NCBI RefSeq assembly: GCF_009914755.1
Contig: NC_060941.1
Strand: one strand, 5' to 3'
Length of the DNA: 64,000 bases
DNA from: the human T2T-CHM13v2.0 reference genome, Homo sapiens
Shown: positions 1-21,547 of the stretch, in pieces
Numbering within the stretch: the first letter of the stretch is position 1
Layout of the letters: each line of letters begins with the position of its first letter
The notes under the pieces: generated by a model
Seen by the model: only the letters and a program-made list of their open reading frames with translations
Database searches by the model: none
What the model was told of the DNA's origin: nothing
Made by a program: the position numbers and the translations under genes

Positions 1-199
1 TATCCACGTCTTTGATGAGAAGTGGATATGAAATCTTAAGAGGCAGGTTACTTTTATTTATTTTAAAAACATGAGCCTTTAAAAGAATTCCAAAAATAGT
101 ACACACATTGAAAAACATAATCAAACATACTGAAGGAAAATTTTAAATCTTGCCTAAAATTTTAGCATAGAAGTCATCTCTACCTAAATTTTGGTTTAA

Positions 200-801
<602 letters not shown>

Positions 802-1109
802 TGAGATATCAGTCTGCAAGCACTGTTTTGTATTCTGCTTTTAGAACACATTTTAAAATTTTCTCATGATATTAACTATTCTTTTAGATTATGATTTTTA
901 ATAGTTACGTAGTGTACCATGCTTTGAAGATAACATAATTTATATAACAAATTTTCTATTATTGGGCATTTAGGGTGCTCTAAGTTTCTGTTCTTTAAAA
1001 TATTCTGCTAAGTATATATGTGTACATAAATGCTTATGCATATCTTTAATTGTTAAATCTATAGAATAGACTTTCTGGGCAAAGGCTAAAGATAGTTTTC
1101 AGTTTGCAA

Positions 1110-1640
1110 TAGTGGAGTCCCTGTTATTGGAGCCTTCACAATAATGATATTGCATAGGAAAACAAAAAGTATTCACTAACGATCTTGTTGATCATTATGT
1201 ATTGTAAATATGCAATAATCAATTTAAGTTGAATGCAAAGTAAAATGAGAAATCTTGGAACAGTTGCAGAATTTAGTGAAGTCAGTGAAAGTAGTAAAAA
1301 AAATTGGCTTGAGTTTTGCAAAGCCATTGACCAGCGTGCATTCAGCAGTGTTGAACTAGTTAACAATTGAAGAACTGAAAATGGACAAAAATGATGACCC
1401 AATAGATGTTTCCCGAGAATGAATTCAGGATCAAAGGATTAGGAAGGCTCTTAAAAATATTGATGAAGTCATGCATTTTTGTGAAAAAGGATGTATTTTA
1501 TTATTGCATTGCAAAACTTAAAGGATGTCATATTATGTTATCACATATGACTGTGAGAAATCTGTCCCTTTTGTCCCAACTGCAACATTTACTCATTCTT
1601 TGTTCTAAGAATAGCAGAGTTGCAATTATGATCTAAATCT
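1110..1640 (+). mobile_element. Degenerate Tigger/pogo-type DNA transposon fragment
   Basis: Frameshifted peptides resemble a Tigger transposase C-terminus (see findings). Confidence 0.5.
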
Positions 1641-1657
1641 TAAGAAATGCAACAGAA

Positions 1658-1976
1658 GGCTGGGCACCGTGGCTCACGCCCGTAATCCCAACACTTTGGG
1701 AGGCCGAGGCAGGCAGATCACGAGGTCAAGAGATTGAGACCATCCTGGCCAATATGGTAAAACCTTGTCTCTACTAAAAATACAAAAATTAGCTGGGCAT
1801 GGTGGCACGTGCCTGTAATCCCAGCTGCGCAGGAGGCTGAGGCAGGAGAATCACTTGAACCTGGGAGGTGGAGTTTGCAGTGAGCCACTGCTCTCCAGCC
1901 TGGTGACACAGTAAGACTCCGTCTCAAACAAAAACAACAACAACAACAACAACAAAAAACAAAAACAGAAAAAAAG
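1658..1976 (+). mobile_element. Alu (AluS-like) with (CAA)n tail
   Basis: GGCTGGGCACCGTGGCTCAC start and dimer structure. Confidence 0.92.
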
Positions 1977-2560
<584 letters not shown>

Positions 2561-2659
2561 AAAAAGTATAGCTCTGGCTTTAAAGTTTGGCATATAGTAT
2601 TCTAATTACTAATTATCTTCCCAGAGTACTGTAATTGTGATATTTCCCCTAATGCAGAA

Positions 2660-3760
2660 TTTTAAATTTATGGAGGTATAATTGACATTTAAAAGTGCAC
2701 ATATTAAAAGTGCACAGTTTGATAGGTTTTTACATACATAGATGCCTGTGAAACCATCATCTCAATCAAGATAATGAACATGTTCATGGACCCCCCTCCC
2801 AAATTTCCTCCTGCTCCCTTGTAATCCCCTCCACCCTTTCTTTGTGCCCCCTACAAACCCTCCCTCTGCATCACTAGCCAACTGCTGGTCCACTTTCTAT
2901 CACTGTAGTTTTCATTTTCTAGAATTTTATATAAATAGAATAATATAGTATGTACTTTTTGGAGGGGCTGCTGCTTTCAATCAACGTAATTATCTTGAGA
3001 TTCACCCTTTTTAGTGTTAATGGTTTCTTTTGATAGCTGAGTAGTATTTCATTGTATGGATATACCATAATTTGTTACCCATTCATTTGTTGATGGATAT
3101 TTTGGTTTTTCTTTTTGGTTTTTGCCCCTATTACAAATAAATGTGCCATAAACATTTGTGTACAAGTCTTCATGTGGACATACGCTTTCATTTCTCTTTG
3201 GTAAATACCTAGGAATAGAATGGCTAGATCATATAGATAATTTGTTAACTTTTAAAGAAGTTGCCAAACTGTTTTCATAAGTCATTGTAACATTTTACAT
3301 TATGACTCTTGGCCAACACTTTGGTCTTTTAGTCATTGTAGTAAGTGTGTTGTGGTATCTTACTGTGTTTTAATTGATATTTTTCTCATGATTCATGATG
3401 TTGAATGATTTTCAGATGCCTTTTTATCATCTGTATGTTTAGTGAAATGTTTGTCTAAACCTTTTGCCTTTTAAAGTATTATGTTGTTACCTTTTCCCTG
3501 GATTTTTAGATTTGTTTATATATTCTGAATATAAATCTTTCATCAGGGATATAAGTTGTAAATACTTTCAATCTGTGGCTTGTCTTTTCATTCTCTCTAT
3601 AACAGTGTTTTTCAAAGAGCAGAAGCTTTACATTTTGATGATGTACAATTGATCAATTTTTTCTTTTGTGGCCTGTGTCTTTGGTGTCATATCTAAGACA
3701 TCTTTGCCTAAGCTGAGGTCACAAAGATTTTTTCTTTTGTTTCTTTCTACATGTTCTTAT
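2660..3760 (-). mobile_element. Old L1M 3' region
   Basis: Typical antisense L1 3' motifs (gtagtatttcattgtatggatatacc, gtaaatacctaggaatagaatggct). Confidence 0.8.
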
Positions 3761-4242
3761 GATTGTAGTTTTGATTTCCTCTTTGATCCAAAATTTTGTT
3801 TTTTGGAGATTATTTAACTTTTTTTTTCTCTTTTTTGTTTTAAACTTTTGTTATTAACTTAGACACATTTGAGATTGCGGTCTACACAATTTATAATGAA
3901 AAGATTGAGGGTGATAGGGGTTTAGAGGTTGGGGGAGAGTAAATGTTAGAAGGTAGAGGAAGGAGTGAATAAAGTACAGTCTTTGTCTAGATTTCATTTT
4001 TGTTCTGCTGCTTCCTCTCTTTCTGGAGGTTCTACTCCATCAAGCCTTTTTTTGGTCTTATTTTCTGTCCCTCTTTTATAAGTTCATTCTTTCACTTTGT
4101 CTCTCATCCAATCTCTCTGACAATCCTATGTATGCTAGCTACCTTCAATAAATCTGGAATCCATCTACTTCTCTTTGTCTCCCGTTGTTATTTTTCTGCC
4201 CTAAGCCACTGTCATGGTTTTTATTGTTGTTGTTGTTGTTAG

Positions 4243-4556
<314 letters not shown>

Positions 4557-4559
4557 TGC

Positions 4560-5560
<1,001 letters not shown>

Positions 5561-5848
5561 GGGCCCATACAGAGGGCAGCCTCAGGGAGTGTTTTTCTTA
5601 GTAATTTGTAACAATCTAGAGAGATATAATAAAAACAAGCTCAGCAAAAGATATTTGTGTGTGTGTTGGTGGGGGGTGAAGAGGTGGGAAAGGGACTGTT
5701 GGGTGGTGCTGAAGGTATAAAATATTGAATGCTCTGCAAAGCCATATATAATATTAAGATATTAATAGCTAGGTGAGAACTGTGAGCATGAATAGCTTTG
5801 CAAGTGAAAAAATGAAAGTCCGGTTTAATGTATACATTTACTGTAGTT

Positions 5849-5858
5849 TTTATTTATT
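5849..5858 (-). terminator. MYH8 polyadenylation signal (overlapping AATAAATAAA)
   Basis: About 100 nt after the stop codon. Confidence 0.85.
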
Positions 5859-5955
5859 CAGCTTTAACAGGAAAATAAACGTCATAAAGCAAGTGACCAA
5901 AAATAGCACATTTTGTGCCTTTCTTCAGCCTCTTGATAGCATCAGGCAGGTGTGT

Positions 5956-6105
<150 letters not shown>

Positions 6106-6883
6106 CTAAGAATAGAGATAAAATTGTGAGAATTAGACTGTGTGGTTCTCATTGCACTTATCACCAGACAGGATTAGTTCCTCAAATCAGGTATTTCCTT
6201 CTTATGGTCTATTTAGCATATCCGACTTTAAATCTAAACAGAGTTTATAACTTCAACTACAATTTTTACTTTAAAGAATGAAAGGAGAGTTTTGAAGTGG
6301 AGGAGACAGCCTCATATAAAGCCCATACATCCTTTTATGATTTATGTTCTGTGTGGAAAGGAGGAAGAGACCTATGTACACTTATAGACATCAGTAAGTA
6401 AATGTAAGGCCAAATTATAATTGGGGAAATACCACTTAATATATATTTTGATTCTAGTATATAAAGAAAGGGAAAAGATGGGACTAGACAGAAAGTCTCC
6501 TCTGTTAATTGACTCATTGCCATTTATGCCTCTCCCTTTTTTCTTTCCTTTTCTTCCTATTTACTTCCTACCTATCACATGTGTCTGGAAGAGTGGAGGG
6601 ATAACCAGGAAGGGTATAGGTACAGAATCTTCTAACATGTTCTTATATTAGCTACAGCAAATGTGGGGGCAAGAGCCCCCACTGATGACACTAGTGGTGA
6701 GTGAAGAAGTCAGGTGGGGTAAAAGATTGATGTTTGGCTTTTGAGAACTTGATTTTTTCTATGTCTAGAGGGAGAGGAATATTTATGATGGTATTAATTA
6801 GAATTTCTACTGTATATCATTTGTAGCTATCAAGTAAGTGAGCTGTTTAGAACTTGCCCCCCTCAACCCTTACAAATTGCTTA

Positions 6884-7213
<330 letters not shown>

Positions 7214-7383
7214 TTATTCTGTAATTTGGATTTGGCGGGACAAATTCATATTTATAAAATCATCCCTCTTAAAATGAGTGGTAGATTTTCACTTTGTCTT
7301 CTTCCTTATTGACGCATTCTCTTAAAACACTTTCTACTGCAAAAGAAATTTCCTTCTTTCCTCAAGGGCTTAAAGATACTTAC

Positions 7384-7479
7384 AGCCTCCTCAGCTTGTC
7401 TCTTGTATGATTTCACCTTCGCCTGTAATTTATCTACCAAGTCCTGCAGCCTGAGAACATTCTTGCGATCTTCTTCAGT
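7384..7479 (-). CDS. MYH8: MYH8 exon 39
   Basis: TEEDRKNV...AEEA, 96 nt. Confidence 0.95.
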
Positions 7480-7709
7480 CTGAAAGTTTGAAAAAAATAA
7501 TCTGCATTCATTCCGAAGAGATAAGGCTACTCTGGGTACTAAAATAAAATCATTTGGCATGATGGCAGGTGGGCCTGGGGTAAACTTGATCAACTCTGAG
7601 ATTTTCTTCATAGAATTAACAGTAGCACTCTTGGTAAATGTTTCCACTGTGCAGGTACTGTATTAGAGAATTGCACACATCCTCTCCAGTCCTTACCTCC
7701 CCATCCGGG

Positions 7710-7850
7710 AAAATAGACACTGTTATCTCTATTTTACAGGTGAAGAAACTGAGGTTTAGAGTGTTAAGTTCAAGAAGCAAGAGAGGCCAAACTAGGACTA
7801 ATACCCAGTTAATCTGCCTTTAAAATCTGTGTTCTTTACTGTCATGCTAT
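7710..7850. mobile_element. MIR fragment
   Basis: attttacaggtgaagaaactgagg core. Confidence 0.7.
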
Positions 7851-7992
7851 TTTCTAAACTTTAGAAATCTGAAGGCCTCCCTAAGTTTTAGTATAGGTCT
7901 GTGATAAGCAACTGTCTTTACTCCTTACATGTACCAAGTTAATGCGTATTTGTTTGTGAGTGGCATATAAATAAATAGTCATAAGGTTTTCA

Positions 7993-8175
<183 letters not shown>

Positions 8176-8194
8176 TCAGTCTTGGGGGATATTA

Positions 8195-8503
<309 letters not shown>

Positions 8504-8580
8504 CTATTTAGGAAATAAATTAAGAAAGTAATGAAACTTGATGATAGCAGGTGCATACGTGTCAGTAGGCCAAATGTTCA

Positions 8581-8715
<135 letters not shown>

Positions 8716-9173
8716 TTAAAAGTAGTCGTGGAAATTTACAAAATTTGCAGTTTGCCCTCTTGGGATTTTACAAGTGTCTTACTTGTTGGTTCGTGCAGGG
8801 GATCTGCTGGCAACATTTCACTAAACTTTAATTATTTGTTCAGTGGAAAATGTTAATTATTTGCAAGGTAGGAACTCCTTTCCCCCAACTTCCCCAGTGT
8901 CCACCTGATTTATGCATAAGGACTTCTGAGGTTTGAGAATGCCTTTATTGGCATACATTAGTTAATTGTTCTTTTAATTATATTTCAGTCAGACATCACT
9001 AGTTATTCTATCTCTGGAAGGTTGGAAATAGAAAAGAATAGATTCGTTTTGTGAGTGGCAGGCACTGAGAGTTTCTTGCTTTGAAAGAATCTATTCTCTC
9101 TGAATTTTTATGATTTGTTCTGTCGGAGAGCACTGAATTTGTCTTATGAAAACATGTTCTTAAGATTTCAACT

Positions 9174-9375
9174 CAGTGTTTCTAGAGAGAAGCAATATCG
9201 TCTCAACAGGTATTTGAAAATGTTTAGGGGCAGATATTTTTGGTTGTCAAAATGACTAGGGGGTGCTACTGCATTTAATGCCTGGGCAGGTTAGGAATGC
9301 TAAATGAGCTGTAAGGCATGGGGACAGTGAACACAGCAGTGCTAAATGCTTAAGTGCTACCAATGAGAAACACTG
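9174..9375. mobile_element. MER20-like hAT DNA transposon
   Basis: TIRs cagtgtttct / agaaacactg; internal ggttgtca...gggggtgctactg. Confidence 0.7.
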
Positions 9376-9489
9376 CATGGAACATTTTCAGATTTTGGAG
9401 GCAACAGGTATCTTTACTCAATAGTATTCTACCTCATGGTTTCCAAAATAATCTAAATAGCCAAATCTTATTTTTAAATAAAAAAGTAA

Positions 9490-9521
<32 letters not shown>

Positions 9522-9692
9522 GGTGAGGGGTAGAAACCCCAAGAAAGAAACAGGAACACACACCAAAAAAACAAAAAAAAATCACCCATAATCCACCAAT
9601 TACCCTAAGATAATAGCAATGAGTATTTTTGAGCATATCCCCCATCCATGTTTACATACACATATTTATACAAATTGAGTACTTTCATGTTA

Positions 9693-9953
<261 letters not shown>

Positions 9954-10561
9954 CTAATAAGTGAAAAACAGAAAGGCCTTAAGTGTTCTGAAGAGGATTT
10001 GAAGATCCCAGGAGATGAACTGGGAGATTGTACTGGTGACAGGAACAGAAGATGACATATGCCTGTCATTTGAATGCATCTGATTATGGTTAGGTCATTT
10101 GCTTAGGGTGAGAGAGAATTATCAGGAGACATAGATTCTTGTTCTATTTCTACCATTAACTGGTTACTGTGTCATGTGTGAGTCACTAATGTCTGTCATT
10201 TGTGGAGCAGTTTCCATATGCTCTATCAGGACTTGACATCTGTTATTTCATTTGATCTTCACAGTAACTCAGTGAGGTGGGTAGTTTCATTCTTATTTTG
10301 AAGAAGGAACAGAGGTTCTGAGAGGTTAAGTAATTTGCTTAAAATCAGGCAGCTAGTAAATGACAAAACTAAGACTCAACCTCAGGCCTGTCTGGTGCCC
10401 AAGTCTGTTCACTTTCTTTCATATCATACTGTAATGCCTAGGCATCTGTTTGTTCTTCTACATAACATTTTCTTAAAAATAATATGTTCTATGTGTATTT
10501 AATTCAGTTACCTTTGTGCGGTCAGCTGTATAATTTGTTAAGAGAAAAAAAGGATCGTTTA

Positions 10562-11101
<540 letters not shown>

Positions 11102-11764
11102 TTAGTGACAGATTATATAGGGCAGCTCTGCAATAAAGGTGCATTGTGCTATACAAATATTGTTCATATTAATACTAATAAAATTATATAATTAAATTCA
11201 TGTATAGTAAATATAAATTCTCAATCTGTTTTAGAAATTAAAATGTTCTTGTGTGATATACTAGCCCCTGACCTAGAAACTATCAGTTTTAAAATGTTAA
11301 TTTTTTTTCCGATTACATAATAAATGTTCATTGTATAATGTGGAGGCAATACATAAAACCAAAAGAAAACCTAGCTGTTGTTCCCCCAGTAAAGAGAAAA
11401 ACATTTTAATATGGTGTATTTTTTCTAGTCTTTTTTCCTACTTCTATATATTTTTACATAATCAAAATTATATTGTATATGCAAATTTGTGTCTTTAAAA
11501 TTACTGTCTACCGTAAAATATTTTTCCAAAATAATCATATTTCATGGCTATATAAAATTTCATCACATGACTGTTCTGTGATTTGCTTACTTTTGTTCTT
11601 AGATTGCACATCTTTGCCTTAAAGCTTTACTCCATTTGACATCTTTTGGGTGATAAAATCTTAGAAATAGAATTGATAGGTCAGAGTATTTACATTTTTA
11701 AGGATTTTGATAACTATTGCCAAGTTGTCCTTCATAAAGATCCTGTGAGTTTAAATTATCACTA

Positions 11765-12234
<470 letters not shown>

Positions 12235-12288
12235 TCATGAGTTGATCCAAGGAGAAAGGAAGACCGAGTAAAACACTCTTAAAGTTTA

Positions 12289-12495
<207 letters not shown>

Positions 12496-12499
12496 TTAG

Positions 12500-12961
<462 letters not shown>

Positions 12962-13609
12962 TAGATTGGTAAACTGTATGGAAAGATCCAAAGTGGTGAA
13001 GAGTTGGAAACAAGTCCTGGGAATATTATAGAATTCTAAGAGGCTGCTGTTAGTGCTGCCATTGTATGCGCCTTACTACCTAAGTAACTCAGGATTTTCA
13101 AGACTTCTGATTGAGTATGACTGTGGAAAATTATTAGCCAGGACAATCTTGTTGTTTGACTTATATATCCATTCTCACTCCAATATGGATTTGAGGTTAA
13201 CTAGATATTTTACTGGCCAGAAATATACTGAGCATATTCATTTGCTTTCTCAGACTTTTCATTCCATTTTATGTGTTTTTTTCCTAGAGAATAGCCAGTT
13301 TCTTCTAATCATTATAGTTGGACAATCTCTCCTGGGAAAGAAACTGATACATAAATCAGGACAATTCGTGCAGTTTAAACAAAGGCAGGTTTTTTTTCCC
13401 TCCTGAATTCTCTACATTCTCAGTTCATTTTCAGTTGTGTGCCAAGTACACATCCTTATGGTAGTGAAAAACCTTTGGCTTGATGCCCAGGGAGATCTAC
13501 TTGAAGGTCTCCGTTTGTCTATATGCAGACTAAGGCTTCACTTTATTTAGGCCAACCCTAAACATTATGTATGGTTTGGTGGCCTCCAACATGAGTTTTA
13601 AGAGGTATG

Positions 13610-13870
13610 TCTTCTACTCAGTGCTTAAGAAGGTGGGCTGTAGAATCAGAATGACAGGCTCCAAACCCAGCTGTATCATTTATTAAGCAGATACTTTTGG
13701 GTTAGTTGGTTAACAACTTACAGCCTCAACTTCCTCATCTGTAAAATGGGGATTAGAATAATGATACCAATATAATATTGTTATGAAGGTAAATAAGCTG
13801 ATATACATGCATACATTATATATATATAATACTTGACACAGTATGCACTCAATAAATGTTAGCTTTTGCT
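13610..13870. mobile_element. MIR
   Basis: cctcaacttcctcatctgtaaaatgggga core. Confidence 0.75.
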
Positions 13871-13934
13871 ATTGTTATGTTATCATCATCATAAATATCA
13901 CAGCTGCTTCTGGGAGTTCCTCTTCTAGAGTTCA

Positions 13935-14171
<237 letters not shown>

Positions 14172-14241
14172 TCATGTATTCAGTGATATTTAACTTACAC
14201 ATCCCAAGTAGAGCCTAACTGGGCAGGTTTAGATTTGGTTA

Positions 14242-14415
<174 letters not shown>

Positions 14416-14451
14416 TTACTGGCATAAAAATAAGCCTAAACCTTTTACATT

Positions 14452-14485
14452 TATATATGTGTGTGTGTATATATATATGTATATA

Positions 14486-14525
<40 letters not shown>
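14452..14525. repeat. Compound (TA)n/(TG)n microsatellite
   Basis: Directly visible. Confidence 0.95.
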
Positions 14526-14527
<2 letters not shown>

Positions 14528-14758
14528 AGTTGTATATACCTTACCTGAAATGCTTGGGACCAGAAGTGTTTCAGATTTCAGATTTTTGTTTGATTTTAGA
14601 ATATTTGCATTACACTTGCCAGTTCAGCATCCCTAATCCGAAAATCTAAAATCTGAAATGCTGCAGTGAGCATTTCCTTTGGACATCATGTCAGCCCTCA
14701 GTTTTGAATTTTGGAGCATTTCAGATTTTTGATTTTCAGATTAGGGATACTCAACCTG
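14526..14758. mobile_element. Tigger4/MER46-like MITE
   Basis: gaaatgcttgggaccagaagtgtttcagatt...agggatactcaacctg. Confidence 0.75.
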
Positions 14759-14981
14759 TGTGTGTGTGTGTGTGTCTGTTTGTGTGTGATGTGTTTAATC
14801 TACACTTCATCTGCTTCTAAGTATTTTTTTAGCACTGGTTAGAACCGGAGATTTAAAAGCAGCATTGCCATAGAAGTGTTGTAAGTAAACTTGTCTGCTC
14901 AGTCTTGACTTCTTTCCTTTTTGACCTTCTTAGCAAACTCTGATCATTTGTTTATCTTTCTCTAAAGTGGGAATATTGCTA

Positions 14982-15176
<195 letters not shown>

Positions 15177-15428
15177 CTACAGGATATGTAGCAATGAAAG
15201 ATGAGACATTGAATGCAATAAAAAGGTTAAAACTTGATTCTTAAAATATTTGTAGAGTAAATAAATTCATGTCAAGTGTGAGTAGAAAGTTAGGACATCA
15301 ACTCTGTGGAACATGCAAGAATTTAGGCATGGCGAGTGCATAGTGTGCCTAAACTGGTCATTGTTGGAGACCATTTATTCCAATGATATTGACGCTTGCT
15401 TAAAGTGGATTTTGAAATCATCTTAATA

Positions 15429-15726
<298 letters not shown>

Positions 15727-15875
15727 TCATCTTAATCGATCATAACCAGCATTTTAAAAAATACCATAGAATGGGATATATTTGGTTAGAAAATATTTGA
15801 GTAGTGCTGTAAAATGCCTGCAAACAATGTTTAGTGATAGAGAATAATGGGTGTTCTTACAGATGATTACCTTCA

Positions 15876-16468
<593 letters not shown>

Positions 16469-16551
16469 TTAGACAGAAGAGCAAGACGTATTAATACTCA
16501 TGTGAATTGAAAGATGATATCACATAGAAGTTTTTTTCTAAAAGGCTCCTA

Positions 16552-16698
<147 letters not shown>

Positions 16699-16769
16699 CT
16701 AATAAGAAAGTAAATATGGTAAAAATTGAAAGTATATATTTTTAAAAAAATCTTTCAAAGGGATATTTA

Positions 16770-16958
<189 letters not shown>

Positions 16959-17022
16959 CTACAAAGGTTAAGAAAGAGATTATTTCTCCTATAAAGCAAT
17001 TTAGTTGGTGGCAGAACCTCTA

Positions 17023-17292
<270 letters not shown>

Positions 17293-19836
17293 CTATGGAG
17301 AGATTCATTCAGATACTTAGAGTCTGTTACTTATTTTGAAACTTGGTGTTTTTTTTGCGCAAAAATAATAGTGTTTTATTGAATTCTGTTGAATTTTTCA
17401 GTATGAATATAAATTTAATTTAATCGAACATTATTACATGGTCTGGAGAAATGCAGCTTATTGGAAGTGAGACTATAGCTTTAGAAGCAAACTAGTTTGC
17501 AAAGTTATTGGATTGGAGCTATTGATTATTTAAAAAATAATTTGTAGAAGAGTGGAAAGACCTCTAAATCGGGCAAAAGGAAGCCTGGGTTCTTGTCCCA
17601 ATATTGTTTGCATATGTATGACTTTGGGCAAATTGCTTTATTCCTTTCATTCTCAATTTTGTGTATATATATATATGGGTTGGAATAAATGATTGCCAAG
17701 AGCTTTTCAGCTGTAATATTTAAAGATTTTGATTTAGTTAAATTGGTTAGTTTTGGTTTTGATCATTCCCTGTCCCCCTCAAACCAATAATTGCTAGGCT
17801 GTATTGAAGAAAGAAAAAGAAGAAAAATAATTTAAATACATTTCCATGTAGTATTTTTTAATACACTAAAACCTTCCTGGTAGTTCATACAGTGCTATAA
17901 TTGTTCAAAATTTACATTTCCATTTACAGAATTACCCATTAGTCTTAAGGTGAATTTTATTTTTTGGAACTTTTACCCCAACTTTTATTTTGAAAACTGT
18001 TAAACTTACCGAATAGCTGTATGAATAATACAATAAATTGCCATATACCATTTACCTAAATCCTCGTATTTTTAACATTTTACTGTTTTTTCTCTCTCTA
18101 AACACACACATAGACACATATATAGGCACATGTGCACGCACACACACACACACACTCTCCTAAATCATTTGAAAGTAAATGGCAGATATCATATTTTAGC
18201 ATTTCTCTCCTAAGGACATGAACATTCTCCTATATAACTACAATACTGTTATTACAAATGAAAATATTAATCACTGATACAATAATATTATCTAATATAC
18301 AGTCTATATTCAGATTTCCCCAGTGTAACAAAAATGTTCTTTAAGTTTTGTGGTTTCATTGTTTCATTTTTATACACAACATGGGCAATAGGCCTAAACT
18401 GCAACATAATTTTCAGAGAGTTGTACCATTGACTAGGCTAGAGGTTCTCATGCCCAGGACAATTCTAGTTAAGGAAAGATTGATGAACTGTTCTTAGCCC
18501 TTTCTGCTTTTGTGTTTTTGTTTGCTTTTGTTTTCCCATTCCCTTCTAAATCTGGTTAATGTGGAAAGTCTATGTTGAGCCCCTGAAATTTTGAAAATGT
18601 TCAAACCCATATGTCAAGTTAGGAAAAAAAAATAGAATGAACAGTGATATGTTATGAACCTAGATTTACCAGTTGCTAAGTTATGCCACATTTGCCTTGT
18701 CCATTCCATTTGTGGCCCTCTCCCCTCTCCCAATAATTATCAAAATGAATTTTAGAATATATGAGAAAATGTAATTCTCAGAAACTGTATAGCTCAATAA
18801 AGTTTTTATAAGTGACTAATGAAAGGATTCAAATAAAAATCAATCCAGTCTAATTTATTAGGTTACCTTGGCCTGGGGAATATTTTTTAACTCCCAGTGT
18901 TTGTTTTGTTCTTGAGTTTAAAAAACGTTTAAATGGAATATAATGGGAACTTATTGGGGGATTCTTTTCTTTTTTCTTTTTTTGAGCTTTACTGCTTAAT
19001 ATATTTATTTTTAATAGTGATACACTCAATACATATTTACTCACTGACTAATGATAACTGTGAAAAGATGGTAAGATAGAGAGGCTATGGTCCTGTGCTT
19101 TTGGAAAAATGTAACCTTCATATAAATGAAGGTATCAGAAGGAAAAATTGAAAGTTGCTGAAAAAAAGTGGGAAAACTATCCTTTTCACAGGTTAGTTTA
19201 TGATATTGTTAGGTTTGCTGAACCAAGGAAATGGGAGGTTACCTTTGACCAAAGTGTTCATGCCAAACCTACTCCCCACCCCAACTGCCCCTCCTTCCTG
19301 CACCAATAAACAGACTCTAGGAACTAGAGATTTGTATCAGAGGAAGAATCAGGAGGACACATTGCTCTGCCTGACATGCTGGTAGTTCAGTTCCATTAAA
19401 TACAGATAGATTTATTGAGCTAAATCTTGGGGGTTGGGGAAAGGAGATACAGAAATAAATAAGTTTGAATTTAAATACAATCTCATAGACTTGCATTTAG
19501 AAAATAGAGCTATACTTTTAATGCTGGGCTAAAGTAGCCCAGGCAAAGGGGTAAAATATTTGACTGAGACTTGGGGGATTGGCTTTAAGCTACTTCCTTC
19601 ATGGCTGTTAAATTTTGTGATATTATTTAAACAAATTCTTCAATCTTTCCTTTTCCCATTGTAACTTGGAAATAATTGTGCCTTTTCTTCCCCATAGAAT
19701 ACTAAAAGATAAATGAGGTATTAAAAACAGCAACTTGAGATTTTTTTTCAAGTAGAGATCATTTGTAAATCCAAAGTATATGTGTGTTTCAAAAAAGCTT
19801 CAGTAACATGGTGCATTCAGAATATGGAGTACTCAC

Positions 19837-20092
19837 AGATTGAACCTGGAGTTGCAGGTCATTTTTCTCTTTTAAGAGAGTGACCATTTTTTCCTCTAGC
19901 TCCTTCCGTTTTGCCTCTGACTTGGCGAGTTCATCTTTGGTTTTCTGGAATTCTTCCTTCATGGTGGCCATCTCTTTCTCGGTCTCTGCACTCTTGAGGA
20001 GGGGCTTAATCTTGAAAAAGAGTTTCATCCAGGGCCAGTGCTTGACGTTCATGAAGGCACGGACATTATACTGGATGCAGAAAAGTGCTTCT
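19837..20092 (-). CDS. MYH8: MYH8 exon 22 (head-rod junction)
   Basis: EALFCIQY...KIKPLL...QVQS, 256 nt. Confidence 0.96.
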
Positions 20093-21547
20093 CTGCGATG
20101 ACATGAAAATATCAGTGTAGACTAATCCATCAGAGCCAATGTTATTGTTACTTATCACACACAAATTTCCCTTTTAATGAATGCCGCTCACAAATAAATA
20201 TGTCACATTCTCTATATATTATATGCAGGCTTTACACACACACACACACACACACACATGTACACACATTCTCGCGCTCACACTCATGGTCAGTAGCCCT
20301 CAGTATAACCACTTTGCTAATATGAGTACGGTTCATATTGAGCACATCTTCTGTGTTCTCAATCCCTATCAAACTAGCCAAGAGAGTGACTTTAGGGGTG
20401 AATATTTTGAATGTATGATCAGCACATACCATTTGACATATGACAGTATTAGTGATTTGAGGGTGGGCATGGTGATTGCATGTTGATTGTGCTGCCTGTC
20501 TGTGGGCATATGGATGAGAACTGTGAAATGACATAGGTTGCCTTCTGAATGGCCCACCTAAACTGAGCGAATGATTTGTCATCTCTTCCTTGAAGTTGCT
20601 CCTCTTATTTTGAACAACACTGAATTATCCACTCTATAAACTTTTTTTGCTAGCTTCTTCAGATAATACACTGGCTTATCTCAAATTCTTTCAAGTGCCT
20701 CAGTCTTAACTGATTAATTGGATTGTTAATATTTGCGAGGCATTCAGCATCTGTTGAGCTCTAAAATTTATTTTATTGAAATAAAGTGAAAAATAGTAAT
20801 AAAAGGTACCCCTACTGCAAACTATAGCCATAGACTGGCTAGGTTTGACTACTTGTAGCAATGTGTATGTTTCTTCAAGCTTGTTAAAATGGAAATTCTA
20901 TCTCTATAGGTCCAGTTTTTAAGACTTGTAACTCTATGAAAGCAGATACCTTGACACAAACCATAACGTTCACACATGGGAAAGACTCAGGAACACTTCC
21001 AGTGCAGGCCTAAATGATTACAGATAAGAAAAATGAATGCACAGTGTGTGTGTAAGTAGAGGGAATGCAATAGTGTTGGGTAGATAAACTGGGTGAGATT
21101 AGTTACAGAAAGGGGAAATTAAAGTTTTAAATTGGTAAATAGATAAATTAGGATGAGGGGAGAGATGAGATAAGAAGATAAGCAAATGAGAGATTAGTAG
21201 ATAAGCAAATTGTTTAGCCTGGCTGGAAAAGGCTATGTGCTTGGAAATGATAGATGAGGTGGGGAATAGAGAGGGCCTTGACAGGCAAGCAAGCAACTAG
21301 CTTGATGAAAATACTGCTTACTGCAAACTATTCCTGTGGCTGTATGTGAGATGGCTGGAGGTAGGAGAGAAGTTTTGAAAGGAATCCAAGTGTGAGAGCT
21401 GAAGCAAAGGCTGCTGTGTTGTAGGAGTGAGTTCTGAATTGGGTGAGAGGAACTATTAGCCACCAAATGAAAGAATTAATGAATGAACAAGACTGATTGA
21501 TAGTCCTTAAGGGACCTTATAATTCTGATATTCTGAATGATTGTTAC

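Noticed and set aside
9494-9521. Long poly-T tract without an Alu body
   Set aside because: No TSD or retrocopy body identifiable; treated as a simple repeat
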